From positions 64,001 through 128,000 of IMG/VR virus record IMGVR_UViG_3300033067_001661: 64,000 bases of DNA; one strand, given 5' to 3'. Origin of the DNA: a virus. Its lineage: Duplodnaviria > Heunggongvirae > Uroviricota > Caudoviricetes. Positions 1 to 9,942 of the stretch are shown here, in pieces. Both the position numbers and the translations under genes were made by a program. Positions within the stretch are counted from its first letter, which is position 1. Each line of letters opens with the position of its first letter. Under the pieces are notes generated by a model that was not told the DNA's origin, made no database searches, and worked only from the letters and a program-made list of their open reading frames with translations.

Positions 1-9
1 TTTCATTGC

Positions 10-369
10 TTATTCCGTATCGTCTTCGTCGTCAAGGTCGTCGTCAAGTTCTTCGTCAATAATATCTTCTAAGCGGAAATCTTCACCGTTTTCTGGAATA
101 CCCTTTCCATTAGCAAAAGCTTGCATAGCAGACCTAATGAAATCATCAAGATTAAGAATGCTGCTTGTAAGCGTCCAAACTTTGTCAAGCGTTTCAGCAA
201 CGTCTCTTAGTTCAGCCGCATTCTTTGGTAACTGTCCGTCTTCTACATATCGCTTATGAGTAATCTCAATTATCTTCTCGCAAATTTCAAGAAGACGGTC
301 ATGGTCTATACCATAGTCATCAAGCGGTGGATTTTGATCGTTATTGTCTTTTGGATCTTTTTCCGACAT
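10..369 (-). CDS. hypothetical acidic protein
   Basis: 119 aa ORF with GGAGG SD, co-oriented with neighbours; no recognised motif. Confidence 0.6.
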   Translation of the reverse strand: MSEKDPKDNNDQNPPLDDYGIDHDRLLEICEKIIEITHKRYVEDGQLPKNAAELRDVAETLDKVWTLTSSILNLDDFIRSAMQAFANGKGIPENGEDFRLEDIIDEELDDDLDDEDDTE

Positions 370-377
370 AAAGCCTC

Positions 378-647
378 CTAATTAATTTTGTATCCAATAT
401 CAGTTTGAGAAGAAGTAATTTGCATTTCCTCGGAAGGCTCTGCAACGTTCTTAAGAAAATCCATAAGAGCGCCCTGAAACTCTTCATTTGCTGATTGGTA
501 AGTAGTAGCAAGCTCAGCGATTTCATCAATCGCTTCCTGCGAAGGAGAAACAACGAGCTTTTGACAAGCATCATGCAACCTTGTCATTGCAGAAAATGTC
601 TGCAAGCATTTTATCTGTACCTTACTCAAATGCAAACCCTCGTCCAT
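378..647 (-). CDS. hypothetical protein
   Basis: 89 aa ORF tightly packed between neighbours. Confidence 0.55.
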   Translation of the reverse strand: MDEGLHLSKVQIKCLQTFSAMTRLHDACQKLVVSPSQEAIDEIAELATTYQSANEEFQGALMDFLKNVAEPSEEMQITSSQTDIGYKIN

Positions 648-650
648 AAA

Positions 651-1805
651 TCATGCCCTTATCTTGTTAAGAGACTTTAGTATCTTTGATACTGACGCTG
701 AATCTAATACCGAACAAATTGTCATAAAAAGAACATCGGCGATCAAACTAGCCTCTCCATGAGAAGTACACGTTCTTGCTAGAACCAAACTATCTTCAAT
801 GCACTTAACTATAAGATAAAGGTCTTTTCGAGAATAAAGCTCTATCTGAGGCTTTCTTCCATAGTTACCAGAAACAGCCATAGAACATGCTCTTTGATTC
901 CAAACTGGAATAGGCTTATCTTTATCAGGGCCTGATTCTATTAAATTGGTTTTGGTAACAGCCTTCAAGCCCGAACTCTCAAAAGCAACTTTTCTGATTG
1001 AAGAAGTTCTTAAGACGGTTTCTTCGGTAGAAGCGCCATTAGCAAGCAAATCCTTCATACAGAGAAGCATGCGATACTTCCAAGCCATCATTGGTAGTAT
1101 TTCATTGATAGCCTTGATTGGATCGGCATTTGAAGCAACGCATTTATTGAAAGCATTCAAACACTTCTCATAGTTACGCTCGTCGCAAGCGTTCATCAAG
1201 CTCCATATAATGAAGTTATTGTAGAATGCAGCAGTTGAAATAACGTCTTCAAAAGAATAGACCTTCTTACCTGGAGCGTACAAGGTTAATCGCTGAAGCG
1301 TTGATTCTAAGGGATCAAGAGCGGTTTCTTTATCATTGACAAGTAAAGCGTTTTCAGCAATTGCAGCAACCGCTTCTTGGTCAAGTTCAAAGCCAAGCTC
1401 TCTCGCTCGCCTATTTATCCAATCTGTAGCGCTATTAGAAGCAACAGAGTCGTCAAACTCATAAAGCTTGCCAAACTTCTTGACTGTGTTGTATATAGCT
1501 CTTGCGTCAGACGGGTCTATCATAAAGAAAATGACCCATACATTGCCTTCAAGTTTTTCTATAGCAAGCTTGAACTTATCCTTTTCGCTTTCCGTCATCT
1601 TAGGAAGCGCATGAATAACGATTAGGCGATTGTCCGCAAAACATGAGTTCGACGAAAGCCATGTCATGAGCTTACTAAATAGAGTGTTCTCGTAGCAGTC
1701 AAAAAACTCTGCTCCCTCGAACTTCTCTCTAATTTTAGTAAGTAACGGCTTCGCTAGGTAGTAAGCGCCGCTTACCCACGCTGCATTGTTCTTATTTTCA
1801 GCCAT
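651..1805 (-). CDS. holA: DNA polymerase III delta subunit (clamp loader)
   Basis: FADNRLIVIH, WINRRARELGFELDQEAVAAIAE, LQRLTLY, IWSLMNA match the delta-subunit pattern; adjacent to dnaN/dnaX. Confidence 0.75.
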   Translation of the reverse strand: MAENKNNAAWVSGAYYLAKPLLTKIREKFEGAEFFDCYENTLFSKLMTWLSSNSCFADNRLIVIHALPKMTESEKDKFKLAIEKLEGNVWVIFFMIDPSDARAIYNTVKKFGKLYEFDDSVASNSATDWINRRARELGFELDQEAVAAIAENALLVNDKETALDPLESTLQRLTLYAPGKKVYSFEDVISTAAFYNNFIIWSLMNACDERNYEKCLNAFNKCVASNADPIKAINEILPMMAWKYRMLLCMKDLLANGASTEETVLRTSSIRKVAFESSGLKAVTKTNLIESGPDKDKPIPVWNQRACSMAVSGNYGRKPQIELYSRKDLYLIVKCIEDSLVLARTCTSHGEASLIADVLFMTICSVLDSASVSKILKSLNKIRA

Positions 1806-1807
1806 AA

Positions 1808-1840
1808 TAAAACTGTTGCAGCCATTTCTGACTGCAACAA
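1808..1840 (-). terminator. hairpin between dnaN and holA (weak terminator or translational control)
   Basis: minus strand TGTTGCAGTC-AGAAAT-GGCTGCAACA followed by GTTTTATT, immediately before the holA ATG. Confidence 0.4.
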
Positions 1841-1845
1841 TTCAC

Positions 1846-3102
1846 TCACTCCTTCAGTGTTGCAAAGAACACTGAGTATCTTTCCTGAAGACCGTCTTCG
1901 CTTGGCTTATTGAAAGCAAGATAGTTACCGACGCCTTTGGGGTCAGCATAGTGTCTTACGACAACAGGCTGATTAGCGTCTTCAATCTCAAACTGCAAAT
2001 GCTCTTCGTCATTAGAGCGACTAATAATCTCGCTCATATACTTAGAAACGCAGTTGATCTTGACTTCCTTTGCGTCCTCATTCGTGCCAATATCCTCAAT
2101 CGGAACCTTTCTAAAAGACTTCAACGTATGGTCGGTTTTTGTGTTGATAATCTTCTTGGAAAGGTCAATATTGAGAACGCAGTTGTGAACCTTGTTCTCT
2201 TCCTTGAGGTCTACGTTATTCGTAGCAAGAATACCCTTGATTGCATTCTTCCAGTTTATAGCCTTCGTCGTCAGCTTGTACTTACTATCTCTCTTGAGGA
2301 AGCGATTTTCGTCAGGCCATTCAACATTCGGATCGCAAGAGTAAATATTGACTCTAATTGCTCCGCAAGTAACGCAAATGTATCGCTCGCCAGACTCAAT
2401 AATGATCTTATCGCAAGCAAGCTCTTTGAGTATGCCAAGAAGAATAGTTGTCTGCTCATTCGGGAGCAGCATCTTGATATCTCCCTTAGCGTCAGTCATA
2501 TTAGCGCCGTCAACTTCTACAACAGCAAAGATTGTTCCAGTACCAGAAACAAATCGCAAAGAGTTTGTCCCAAACGAACGAAGAACCCAATAAGTAAACT
2601 GCTTATACTGTTCTTGGTCTCCGTAAGCAAACATAATCTTGCCGGCATAACTCTGGAAGATATCTCTACGAATAGAGAGCTTCGTTGGCTTTTGCCCATT
2701 AGCATTTATGTCATGGAACTGACATGGAGTTCCAATAACCGGCAGCGTCTGCGTTTCGTCGCTATCAGTTGTGCTGGATATTCTTACCTCTGAGCCATTG
2801 ACAAGCTCGCAAGATATCTTGCTAGAAGGCGCAAAGGAAGAAAGGGCATTTTCAAGGTCTACTGCATTGACAGTAACTGTACCGTCCATGTCGCAGACAT
2901 AATCAATGTTGTATGTATCATTTCCAATTTCATTCGTCGCGCTGACCTTGCCGCCATCAGCAATCGCCTGTATATATCCGTTGACAACATTCAACGTAAC
3001 CAGACCGCCAAACTGGTAGTCTTTCAAAGTTCCCTTTGTTGCAACAACCAAAACAGGCTTCAAACCTTTGAGCAAGCCGCCAACCTGAGCCGTAAACTTC
3101 AT
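1846..3102 (-). CDS. dnaN: DNA polymerase III beta sliding clamp (divergent)
   Basis: MKFTAQ..LLKGLKPV start, DGTVTVNA, EWPDENRF, three-domain length 418 aa; context with dnaX/holA. Confidence 0.8.
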   Translation of the reverse strand: MKFTAQVGGLLKGLKPVLVVATKGTLKDYQFGGLVTLNVVNGYIQAIADGGKVSATNEIGNDTYNIDYVCDMDGTVTVNAVDLENALSSFAPSSKISCELVNGSEVRISSTTDSDETQTLPVIGTPCQFHDINANGQKPTKLSIRRDIFQSYAGKIMFAYGDQEQYKQFTYWVLRSFGTNSLRFVSGTGTIFAVVEVDGANMTDAKGDIKMLLPNEQTTILLGILKELACDKIIIESGERYICVTCGAIRVNIYSCDPNVEWPDENRFLKRDSKYKLTTKAINWKNAIKGILATNNVDLKEENKVHNCVLNIDLSKKIINTKTDHTLKSFRKVPIEDIGTNEDAKEVKINCVSKYMSEIISRSNDEEHLQFEIEDANQPVVVRHYADPKGVGNYLAFNKPSEDGLQERYSVFFATLKE

Positions 3103-3116
3103 CTTAAATCTCCTTG

Positions 3117-3908
3117 TTACTTCTTTTCTTCGTACTTTGTCAGAATTTCTCTGGCCTTATGCTTTATTCGGCTAAGAGCGTTGTCTACACCCTTGATATT
3201 CACTCTAACTTTGGACCTTTTGTTGTTGATTTTTTCAGCTATCTCTTCGTAGGAGTATTTTTGTGCATACAAGAGATACACTTCCTTTTCGAAGCTAGAA
3301 AGCGAAGACAACAACAAATCTTGTAAGTTTTTGTAATACTCATTTTCTGCTGTAAGTTCACAAATATCAAGAGCGTCTGGATCTGAAATAATGTTAGACA
3401 ACGAAACATCTTCTTCATTGTCATTGTTTTTCGAGGACTCTTTGTATATAGAAATTGACTGGTTAAGTACCCTCTTCTTATTCTGATAAGAAGACTTAAA
3501 CTCAGTGGCTAAATGCCTTCTTATACACAAGAGAGCGAACTTATCGAACGGCGCAGGACCATCCCCTGTGCCTCTAGCCTTATCATAGTCTTTAATTGCT
3601 TTATAACGAAGAGCATAAAGAGCTTCCTGCAAGATATCTGAATACTCGTATCCAGGTATATTGAACTTAGAAACCACCTTTTGAATCTTAGGTAAAAGCA
3701 TTGATAACAATTCTTCAAATGCCTTGTTTACCTCTGTTTCGTCTTTTGTTTTCCTGATATTATTGATCAGTTTTATACATCTTAGATTGTTTTGGTAATC
3801 TTGTTCTAATTTCTCTTTATCCGCAAGTAGTTTTTGCTTTTCTGCGGATAATGTCTTGCTAACTCTTTTTGCCCCAGCCTTATTTGTATTTTTCTTTGGT
3901 CTGGGCAT
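3117..3908 (-). CDS. sigH: SigH/ComX-family RNA polymerase sigma factor
   Basis: DILQEALYAL..AIKDYD, FDKFALLCIRRHL, LSSFEKEVY..YSYEEIA, KGVDNALSRIKHK (SigH-like C-terminus). Confidence 0.85.
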   Translation of the reverse strand: MPRPKKNTNKAGAKRVSKTLSAEKQKLLADKEKLEQDYQNNLRCIKLINNIRKTKDETEVNKAFEELLSMLLPKIQKVVSKFNIPGYEYSDILQEALYALRYKAIKDYDKARGTGDGPAPFDKFALLCIRRHLATEFKSSYQNKKRVLNQSISIYKESSKNNDNEEDVSLSNIISDPDALDICELTAENEYYKNLQDLLLSSLSSFEKEVYLLYAQKYSYEEIAEKINNKRSKVRVNIKGVDNALSRIKHKAREILTKYEEKK

Positions 3909-3920
3909 CAGTTGATAACC

Positions 3921-5027
3921 TTATGCCGCTTTCGCCTCCGTCCTGTTGAAGATAATCGAGCAAACAACGAACTTTTCCAACATCGTTTGAGGATTTATGT
4001 TCAGAGAGATTCCTCTCATAACTTCCCCAAGCAAATCTATCATCTGTATTAGTAATGGAACAGATGTAGCTTGCGATTGTACAACGAATCTCTTTTTCTC
4101 TTCTTCAGTCAGAAACAAAAGCTTTGAAGTGTCTTTGGCGGTCCTTATGACCAGTAGCGTTCTAATATGTCCAACGAGTCCATCAAGAACCTCCCCAACT
4201 TCGCGTCCATCTCCCAAAGTCTGGTCAATGATACGCATAGCCTCACCGGCGTCGGGTTTAAGGATCATATCGACAATATCAAAGTATTTGTTCTCATCAA
4301 CTGCCGCTAATGCTTGTTGCGCGATCTCAGCAGAAAGCTTTGATCCATTCGCAAAGGTAAGCATAGTCTGTAAATTTTGTAAAGAGTTTCTAACAGAACC
4401 CTTGGAAAGTTTGGCCGCAATTCGAAGCGCAGCTTCGTCATAATCAAGGTTTTCAGCCTTTGCAACCCGAACAAGGTTCATATACAACTGATCCCAAGAA
4501 ACCTTGTTAAACCGCAATGGCATACAACGACTATGAATCGTGTCTTTCAAATCTTCAGCATTAGTTGTGCAAAGAATGAAAATGCAGTTCGGCGGCGGCT
4601 CTTCAATCATCTTAAGAGCGGCCTCAGCAGCAGCGCCTGTCAATCTATGAGCCTCGTCAATAATAACAAAGCGATGCTTGAGAGTTATGGGAGAATAGCG
4701 TATCGCTTCCTTTAGGTCTCTGATTTCTTCAATCTTACCTTTTGAGCCAGCGTCAAACTCCATAACGTCAACAGATTTACCCTCAAAGATTGCCTGAATA
4801 TCTGGGTCATTCAAGTCAGGCGTAAGAGTCATTCCGTTCTTGCCATTTACGGAAGCTGCAAAGATTCTTGCGCTCGAAGTCTTTCCGCAACCAAACTTGC
4901 CGCAAAAAATGTAAGCATGATGAAGCTTACCTGACATAATCGTGTTGGTCAAAATCCTCGTAACGGACTCTTGCCCAATGAGATCGGCTATCTTCTTTGG
5001 CCTATACTTATTAGCTAGAACACTCAT
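3921..5027 (-). CDS. dnaX: DNA polymerase III gamma/tau subunit (gamma-length)
   Basis: LANKYRP, HHAYIFCGKFGCGKTSSAR, IIDEAH, LKMIEEPP, TIHSRC. Confidence 0.95.
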   Translation of the reverse strand: MSVLANKYRPKKIADLIGQESVTRILTNTIMSGKLHHAYIFCGKFGCGKTSSARIFAASVNGKNGMTLTPDLNDPDIQAIFEGKSVDVMEFDAGSKGKIEEIRDLKEAIRYSPITLKHRFVIIDEAHRLTGAAAEAALKMIEEPPPNCIFILCTTNAEDLKDTIHSRCMPLRFNKVSWDQLYMNLVRVAKAENLDYDEAALRIAAKLSKGSVRNSLQNLQTMLTFANGSKLSAEIAQQALAAVDENKYFDIVDMILKPDAGEAMRIIDQTLGDGREVGEVLDGLVGHIRTLLVIRTAKDTSKLLFLTEEEKKRFVVQSQATSVPLLIQMIDLLGEVMRGISLNINPQTMLEKFVVCSIIFNRTEAKAA

Positions 5028-5781
5028 TTTGGTTTCCTAATTTCTTCTGCAACCATTCCCAAACTACGTCTTTTGTTTCGGCTATTCCCAAATCTGACGG
5101 AACGATAATCACCCTATCTCCCAAAAGAGACCAATCATAACCGTCAAGAGCGGTTTCGCTTGGGTGTTCGTCGCCTTGGCTAACGTCCCTGGTTAGCCTT
5201 ACAACAAGGCCTCCATGCTGCTGAACTCCATTCAACTCGGAAGGGAATCTCAAATCAGGTATAATCGCATAATCAACTTTTTCTTTTGCGATAAGCCTAA
5301 AAGTTGCATGAACCCAAATATACTGACTAAACATTCTTCTGCATATATCTGTTCCAAGAACCTGCATAAGCTCTCTACCAGACATATTGCCGGATTTCAG
5401 ATTAACAGGTACGGCTCCGCCAGAATTCTTAAGAGACCAATACAGTCTTTCTGGAGAAAAATCACCAAAGCCAATTGAACTCTCGAAAAGAGGAACTTGG
5501 CTTGTTAGTTGTCTACCTCCAAAATCAACCCATCTACCACCGTTTTCCCATCTCATGAAGTCAGGGAAATTCTCCCAAAGGTAGTTTGTTTTTGTATTCT
5601 TCTGCTCGTCCGTTCCCCAAACCTGTTCAGGACGCAAACCCATAACATCTACGAGAAAATTCTTAAGTCCGTCAGCAAAACTGTACTTCTTAACAGTACC
5701 ATTTAGATGAGGGGTTATATTGCTAAGCAAAGTATCTTTACCGCTTTGCTTTTTGCCAGAAAAACCAAGAACAATTGTCAT
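5011..5781 (-). CDS. deoxynucleoside monophosphate kinase (T4 gp1-like)
   Basis: GFSGKKQSGKDT P-loop, SFADGLK, RELMQVLGTD, DLRFPSE, HPSETALD; start moved to ATG at 5781. Confidence 0.85.
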   Translation of the reverse strand: MTIVLGFSGKKQSGKDTLLSNITPHLNGTVKKYSFADGLKNFLVDVMGLRPEQVWGTDEQKNTKTNYLWENFPDFMRWENGGRWVDFGGRQLTSQVPLFESSIGFGDFSPERLYWSLKNSGGAVPVNLKSGNMSGRELMQVLGTDICRRMFSQYIWVHATFRLIAKEKVDYAIIPDLRFPSELNGVQQHGGLVVRLTRDVSQGDEHPSETALDGYDWSLLGDRVIIVPSDLGIAETKDVVWEWLQKKLGNQNECSS

Positions 5782-5794
5782 ATTGAAACTCCGT

Positions 5795-6250
5795 TCAGGC
5801 CAAAGGCACAACAAAGTAGATAGACTTACCAGCTAGCGACTTATGATTCATGCTAGAGATAAGATTACCCTTATCGTCAGTCATGTAAATCTTCGCCTCT
5901 TCCCTAGCGGCCCCTTTGTTCGTAAACTTTGAGCCAACATAGATTCTAACGGAAGCCTTATCAGGAGCAAACTCAACAGGATCAGTAGAGCCAACCTTAT
6001 AGGTTACAAACTTGCCTCCTCGTCTGTTGCCTCCATAAACAACGTTGCTATCTATGGTGTTCTTCTTTCCAAGAACTTCAACAAAGTAACTCTCTATATT
6101 GCGCATCTGCTCAAGAGCAGACAGCGAATTACCAAAATTAGCGGAAGTTACCAGTTGCCTCGCCTGAGCAACCGCCTTTTCAGCGGAGTCAAACGTGCCA
6201 ACAATAGATCCTGTCCCATATTCGTCTTGATTCCAAAGTTGATACTTCAT
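5795..6250 (-). CDS. hypothetical protein
   Basis: 151 aa ORF with GGAG SD. Confidence 0.6.
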   Translation of the reverse strand: MKYQLWNQDEYGTGSIVGTFDSAEKAVAQARQLVTSANFGNSLSALEQMRNIESYFVEVLGKKNTIDSNVVYGGNRRGGKFVTYKVGSTDPVEFAPDKASVRIYVGSKFTNKGAAREEAKIYMTDDKGNLISSMNHKSLAGKSIYFVVPLA

Positions 6251-6260
6251 TCATCTCTCC

Positions 6261-6698
6261 TTATTGTTTCCAATCAACGTTTTCTTCGAGAATGTTAGCG
6301 ATAACAGGCTCGCTCATATAGTCAACGCCAAGCGTTCTAAGAATGATACTATGGTCTCTCTTGTCAAACGGAATGGTATCGCCATCGACAGTTGGAGAAA
6401 TTGAGAACAGAACGTCTGCAACAACAGCAGCCTTACGAGCCTCGTCAAATACGTCCCAATCGCTAGAATAGAGAACAACAAAATAGACCTTAGGACAGAA
6501 CAAGGTGACTGGGGCCTTTACAGGCTTGAGATCCCAAACCTGATTCTTCTTTTCAGGACGAGGCTTATTTACAATCTGTACAGCAGCAATTTGCTCGGGA
6601 TCAATATCAGGAAAGACGGCTGGATAGCGGTCTAGAACCTTCTGCATAATCTCGACAAACTCTGGTAGTTCCTTGTATTCTGGTTTAATCTTCGCCAT
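6261..6698 (-). CDS. phage putative metallopeptidase-like protein, HExxH motif degenerate
   Basis: YFVVLYSSDWDVFDEARKAAVVADVLFSI resembles the phage metallopeptidase family but lacks the zinc-binding His residues. Confidence 0.5.
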   Translation of the reverse strand: MAKIKPEYKELPEFVEIMQKVLDRYPAVFPDIDPEQIAAVQIVNKPRPEKKNQVWDLKPVKAPVTLFCPKVYFVVLYSSDWDVFDEARKAAVVADVLFSISPTVDGDTIPFDKRDHSIILRTLGVDYMSEPVIANILEENVDWKQ

Positions 6699-6912
6699 CT
6701 TGGATTCCTTTATCAGTTAGGGAGCTTGGAGTTACATTGCCCCATTCAAACTTTACTTCTTTGCCGTCAACGTTTGCGGCATAGAATATGTCGGCATCAA
6801 AGTCTGCTATTTCAATCGTTACACCATTATCTGTCTTCTTTAGGCGTAACAACAGCGTGCCGTCCTCGCTTAAATACTCACCAGCTTTCAGTCCTCGGAT
6901 TTCACCCTTCAT
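6685..6912 (-). CDS. hypothetical protein
   Basis: 75 aa ORF overlapping both neighbours. Confidence 0.5.
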   Translation of the reverse strand: MKGEIRGLKAGEYLSEDGTLLLRLKKTDNGVTIEIADFDADIFYAANVDGKEVKFEWGNVTPSSLTDKGIQDGED

Positions 6913-7633
6913 TGTTTTTTCTCCATTCAGCAGTTGGTTGCATAAAATCAGGCTCTTTCTCTATAACCTCCTGTTTGAACGGAGGTCTCCATCCAAGTTT
7001 TCCAAGTTGAGGATCAACTTTTGCTTCTAAGGCATAAGCCATAATAGCGATAAGTTGAATCGAACCTGATTCGTTACTAATTTCAAAGCCCCATTTATAT
7101 ACAGATATTCTACTAATATCTGGTATAACAAACGAATTCTTAACCTTATGAGTGATTGTTGAGCCTTGTAGACTTCGTTCTTCAACCATATCCCATCCTT
7201 CAAAAACCTTAGGATAACCGTCCCAGTCAGAATGGAATAAAATAGAATTTGAAGAATGCTTTGGAACAGACATTCTAAAAACAGGAAGACTTTTTAGATG
7301 CTGAAAACACATTTTTTCATTATCTTTGCCAATATAGAAAAAACAATGAAGATTAAAGGCCTTAGCATGAACATTTCCAAACTCATTATATATAAACGTC
7401 ATTATTGATCTAATACTTGCTATATCAGAATGATCAATTTTGACATTCATGCTAATATCGTCTTCCGAATTGAAAAGCATGGATTTATCGTCGGTATAAA
7501 CAACCACAGAACCGTCGATAGAACCACCAGTAAATGTCGGAAGACCAACAACAGGAACGCTAACAGAAAAAACAGTTCCATCAATGCTTTGAGCAGGGAT
7601 TGAAGTTACATTCCATTCAAGATTGTCGCTCAT
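6902..7633 (-). CDS. hypothetical protein
   Basis: 243 aa ORF, ATGA-coupled to topA. Confidence 0.6.
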   Translation of the reverse strand: MSDNLEWNVTSIPAQSIDGTVFSVSVPVVGLPTFTGGSIDGSVVVYTDDKSMLFNSEDDISMNVKIDHSDIASIRSIMTFIYNEFGNVHAKAFNLHCFFYIGKDNEKMCFQHLKSLPVFRMSVPKHSSNSILFHSDWDGYPKVFEGWDMVEERSLQGSTITHKVKNSFVIPDISRISVYKWGFEISNESGSIQLIAIMAYALEAKVDPQLGKLGWRPPFKQEVIEKEPDFMQPTAEWRKNNEG

Positions 7634-9618
7634 TTATTCTTCCTCTTGAAAAATCTCCGCTTACCACCTTCGCCAGGCGGTTTAGGTTTTATTTCTTCGC
7701 CATCAGAGCCTCTCATGCCCTTGCATTTAGGATACTTCTCGCATCCATAAAACTCTCCAAACTTACTCTTTCTAAGAATCATCTTAGAAGAACAAGCAGG
7801 ACAGTTATCTTTGCAATAAACCTTTTCAACAACAACCTTTTCTTTCGGCTTGCCGTCTTCGCCAACATTTGCTGTGAACTTGCATTCCTTTACAGGGCAG
7901 GCAAAAAAGTCGCCAAAACGACCATGCTTGAGTAGTAATTTCGTCTTGCACTTAGGACAATCAAAGTCAGTTATAGCAAGGTTATTCTTAGTTTGAGTGG
8001 CAACGTCAATATCTTTCTTTAGCCTATCCCAAAAATCAGTTAGAACATCAAGCTTCTTAAGCTCTTTGTCGCCGATCTTATCAAGCTTACCTTCCATATC
8101 AGAAGTAAAGTTCAAATCCATAAAACAGAACTTTGACTTAACAAGGAAGTCGCAAACCTTCATGCCAAGGTCAGTAACCTTGTATGAGTTGCCAGCAAGC
8201 TCAATATACTGTCTAGCCTTAAGCGTTTTGGTTATACTGGCATAAGTGCTAGGCCTTCCTATTCCAGTCTCCTCATACATCTTTGTAATAGAAGACTTGG
8301 TATAGCGAGAAGGCGGTTGAGTAAACTTCTGCTCAGAAGTAACGTCAATAACGTCGCAATCGTCGCCAACATTCAAGAGAGGCAAAGGCTTATCTTCGCC
8401 AGCAGACCAATGCCATACCTTTTTCCATCCGTCAAACAAAGAGACACTGCCTGTTGCTCCTAGCTCATACTTGCCAACTTTGAAACGAGCAGAAACAGAT
8501 AGATTTTTAGCCTTTTCCATTTGACTCGAAACAGTTCTGCGCCAAATTAAGTCATATAGCTTTCTTGAATCAGCGTCAGAGGAAACCTGAGTAACGGTTA
8601 CGTCAACAGGTCGTATAGCTTCGTGAGCGGCTTGAGCAGCAGCTTTGTTGGAATATACATTTGCCGTCTTTGGCAAGTAAGTTTTGTCAAAGTTAGCTTG
8701 AAGATATGTTCTGGTATCAGAAATAAACTGCGGAACAATTGTTACAGAGTCAGTTCTCATGTACGTTATATGACCATTTTCATACAACGACTGAGCAACC
8801 CTCATTGTCTTGTCCTGGTCCCATCCAAGAACAGAAGCTGCTGTTTGTTGAAGCGTTGAAGTTGTAAAAGGCGCTCTTGGTGAAACAAAGACTTCTTTAC
8901 TTTCGTACTTAGAAACCTTTGCAACTTTTCCCTTAATTGCAGCAACAATAACATCAGCCTGCTCTTTGTTCTTGACATCCATTTTGTCAGGATCAACAAG
9001 AGAAGCTACAATCTTCTCTTTCTTGGGAGTCAAAAGTTCAGCGTCAATTTCCCAAAACTCTTGAGGAACAAACGTCTGTATCTCTTTCTCTCTTTCTGCA
9101 AGAACTCTAAGAGCAGCGCTCTGAACTCTTCCTGCGGACTTACCGCCCGTAGCAGAGGTTGTAATAAAGCTGCATTTATAGCCTACCAATCTATCAAGGA
9201 TTCGTCTTGTTTCATAGCTATCTACAAGATCATAGTCTATACTATGAGCATTATTGATTGCGTCTTGAACCGCTTGCTTTGTAATACTGTTTGTCTTTGC
9301 GCGTTTGAACGGAATACCCTTAGGGAGTTGACGGCTTAGATGCCAGGCGATTGCCTCTCCCTCCCTATCAGGGTCGCTCATGAGATAGACTTCATCAACA
9401 TCTTCTGCGGCTTTGACAATAGCCTTAACAACGTCTTCCTTACCAGGCATAACGTCATATTTTGGCTCAAAATCTTTCTTGATGTTTACGTTAAGTCCCT
9501 TTGAAGGCAGGTCAATGACATGACCAACCGAAGCCATTACCTTGTAATCTTTACCAAGGTATCCGCCTATTTTCTTGGCCTTTTCAGGCGATTCAACTAT
9601 AACGAGGTACTTTGCCAT
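7630..9618 (-). CDS. topA: DNA topoisomerase I (type IA) with two C-terminal Zn ribbons
   Basis: LVIVESPEKAK, SDPDREGEAIAWH, SAGRVQS, ITYMRTDS, AHEAIRP, GIGRPSTY. Confidence 0.97.
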   Translation of the reverse strand: MAKYLVIVESPEKAKKIGGYLGKDYKVMASVGHVIDLPSKGLNVNIKKDFEPKYDVMPGKEDVVKAIVKAAEDVDEVYLMSDPDREGEAIAWHLSRQLPKGIPFKRAKTNSITKQAVQDAINNAHSIDYDLVDSYETRRILDRLVGYKCSFITTSATGGKSAGRVQSAALRVLAEREKEIQTFVPQEFWEIDAELLTPKKEKIVASLVDPDKMDVKNKEQADVIVAAIKGKVAKVSKYESKEVFVSPRAPFTTSTLQQTAASVLGWDQDKTMRVAQSLYENGHITYMRTDSVTIVPQFISDTRTYLQANFDKTYLPKTANVYSNKAAAQAAHEAIRPVDVTVTQVSSDADSRKLYDLIWRRTVSSQMEKAKNLSVSARFKVGKYELGATGSVSLFDGWKKVWHWSAGEDKPLPLLNVGDDCDVIDVTSEQKFTQPPSRYTKSSITKMYEETGIGRPSTYASITKTLKARQYIELAGNSYKVTDLGMKVCDFLVKSKFCFMDLNFTSDMEGKLDKIGDKELKKLDVLTDFWDRLKKDIDVATQTKNNLAITDFDCPKCKTKLLLKHGRFGDFFACPVKECKFTANVGEDGKPKEKVVVEKVYCKDNCPACSSKMILRKSKFGEFYGCEKYPKCKGMRGSDGEEIKPKPPGEGGKRRFFKRKNK

Positions 9619-9627
9619 AACATCATT

Positions 9628-9632
9628 TCGAC
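9628..9632 (-). promoter_or_regulatory. GTCGA putative -10 element of leaderless topA transcript
   Basis: TTTTTTGTCGAAATGATGTT-ATG with no SD; same motif and spacing at three other genes. Confidence 0.5.
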
Positions 9633-9668
9633 AAAAAAGGCGTAAGGAAACGAATCCTCACGCCTTTT
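9633..9668 (-). terminator. rho-independent terminator
   Basis: GGCGTGAGGA-TTCGTT-TCCTTACGCC followed by T6 on the minus strand. Confidence 0.8.
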
Positions 9669-9697
9669 GAACTAACCAGGCATAATCACTCAAATAC

Positions 9698-9916
9698 TCA
9701 GTTACTGACTGTTGGAAGATCGTACAAATTACGATCTGTTGTGCTTTGCAAGTACGTTCCTTGCGAGCTTCGAACTACCCTAACACCACCGATCATTGAC
9801 TGCCGCGCCATGCGAACGGCCTCGGCTCTGGAGACCCTCTTATTTCCCGTCAAAACAAAACCAACCGTATGCCTCTTAGAGTTGATAACTCTCTTACGAA
9901 TCGTTGATACACTCAT
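9698..9916 (-). CDS. DUF3892-like small protein
   Basis: VSRAEAVRMA..GVRVV..YLQS..NLYDLP; start at ATG 9916 after AGGA. Confidence 0.6.
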   Translation of the reverse strand: MSVSTIRKRVINSKRHTVGFVLTGNKRVSRAEAVRMARQSMIGGVRVVRSSQGTYLQSTTDRNLYDLPTVSN

Positions 9917-9942
9917 TCTTGATTTCCTTTCTAATTGCCTGA

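Noticed and set aside
1951-2793. Long plus-strand ORFs (e.g. 1951-2793, 42815-43507, 47902-48435, 50029-50607)
   Set aside because: Antisense shadows of well-supported minus-strand genes, with no recognisable motifs.
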